A stretch of DNA of 64,000 bases, taken from positions 1,317,262-1,381,261 of the forward strand of contig JAHRHZ010000099.1 of NCBI GenBank assembly GCA_024137785.1. Reading direction: 5' to 3'. Within the stretch, counting starts at the first letter, position 1; each line of letters begins with the position of its first letter. A model generated the notes under the pieces. That model made no database searches. It was not told the DNA's origin and worked only from the letters and a program-made list of their open reading frames with translations. The stretch comes from Ginglymostoma cirratum. Lineage: Eukaryota. The translations under genes and the position numbers were made by a program. Shown one piece after another: positions 63,375 through 64,000 of the stretch.

Positions 63375-64000
63375 CAAATGGAATGTTATCCTTTATTGAA
63401 AAGAAATGAAGATGAGGATGTTATGGTTCATTCATACAGGGCATTGTCTTAGTGTGATAAGGCAAAGAATGGAAGTCAGCTTGAATTTCTCAGCCCGGAT
63501 CTTCATTTCTTCATTTATTCATTCAGGTGGCCTGTGTGCTGGGGTAAGGTAGGCATATATTGCTTATCCTGAAATGTCTTTGAAAATGTGGTGATGTGTT
63601 GCCCATTTTGACTGCTAAAGGCTATGCATGAAAGGTACTCTTACAGTCTTATTATGTCGGAAGTTCCAGGATTTTGACTCAATGGCAATGAACAAATGCT
63701 GATCAATGTCCAATTCAGTAATTCAATAGTGTGTGATCTTGTTTGTCAGACTCGCATGTTGAAACATCTGGATGGAGGCCTTAGAAGGTGAAAACGGAGC
63801 CAGAAATTGGACTTAAAAGGGCACAGAAACTAATTTTCAATGCTGTCCATGGAGTGGACTGGTCTATCATTGAGGACTGCAAAGAAATTGATGGAGTGAT
63901 TGACTGGAGAGTCCACACTGGTGCAATGTTATTCATAGATTTGGTAATGTACATGCCAAGGAGAACTCTTAATAATTTAGGGAACTGTCTGGTGATATCT

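Noticed and set aside
60980-64000. Constant exon for the third Ig unit
   Set aside because: No C1-set motif was found. The region is made of SINE, CR1 and Penelope fragments, so a C exon is either lost or outside the window.

Overview
This is eukaryotic, repeat-rich DNA from a cartilaginous fish, most likely a shark. The assignment is inferred from an HE1-type V-SINE, abundant CR1 LINEs, Deu-domain SINEs, Penelope-like ends and cluster-type Ig genes. The host content is a small family of three germline-joined (V and J already fused, no RSS) lambda-like immunoglobulin light-chain units. Unit 1 is an intact L-VJ-C gene on the minus strand (17983-15347, 240 aa) with an octamer promoter, a 10-residue CDR2 and a 6-residue CDR3. 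Unit 2 is a tandem paralogous pseudogene (41609-33942) with a lost ATG, frameshifts and nonsense codons, and a large, 5'-truncated CR1 in its J-C intron. Unit 3 is a heavily decayed L-VJ on the plus strand (60420-60976) that the ORF track misses. The C exons of units 1 and 2 are about 95% identical while their V exons are only about 77% identical and the flanks are far more diverged, which points to exon-limited gene conversion. The remainder is mostly retroelements: CR1, a CR1/L2-group LINE that appears to lack ORF1 and starts with a tRNA/Deu SINE-like head, Rex1/Babar, Gypsy/LTR remnants, and many Penelope-like inverted-repeat insertions carrying minimal hammerhead-ribozyme cores. There is also a CpG-rich NRF1/CRE promoter-like patch near 53.2-53.4 kb and a 10-N assembly gap at 45979-45988. 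All alignments and counts were done by eye, and repeat boundaries are approximate.
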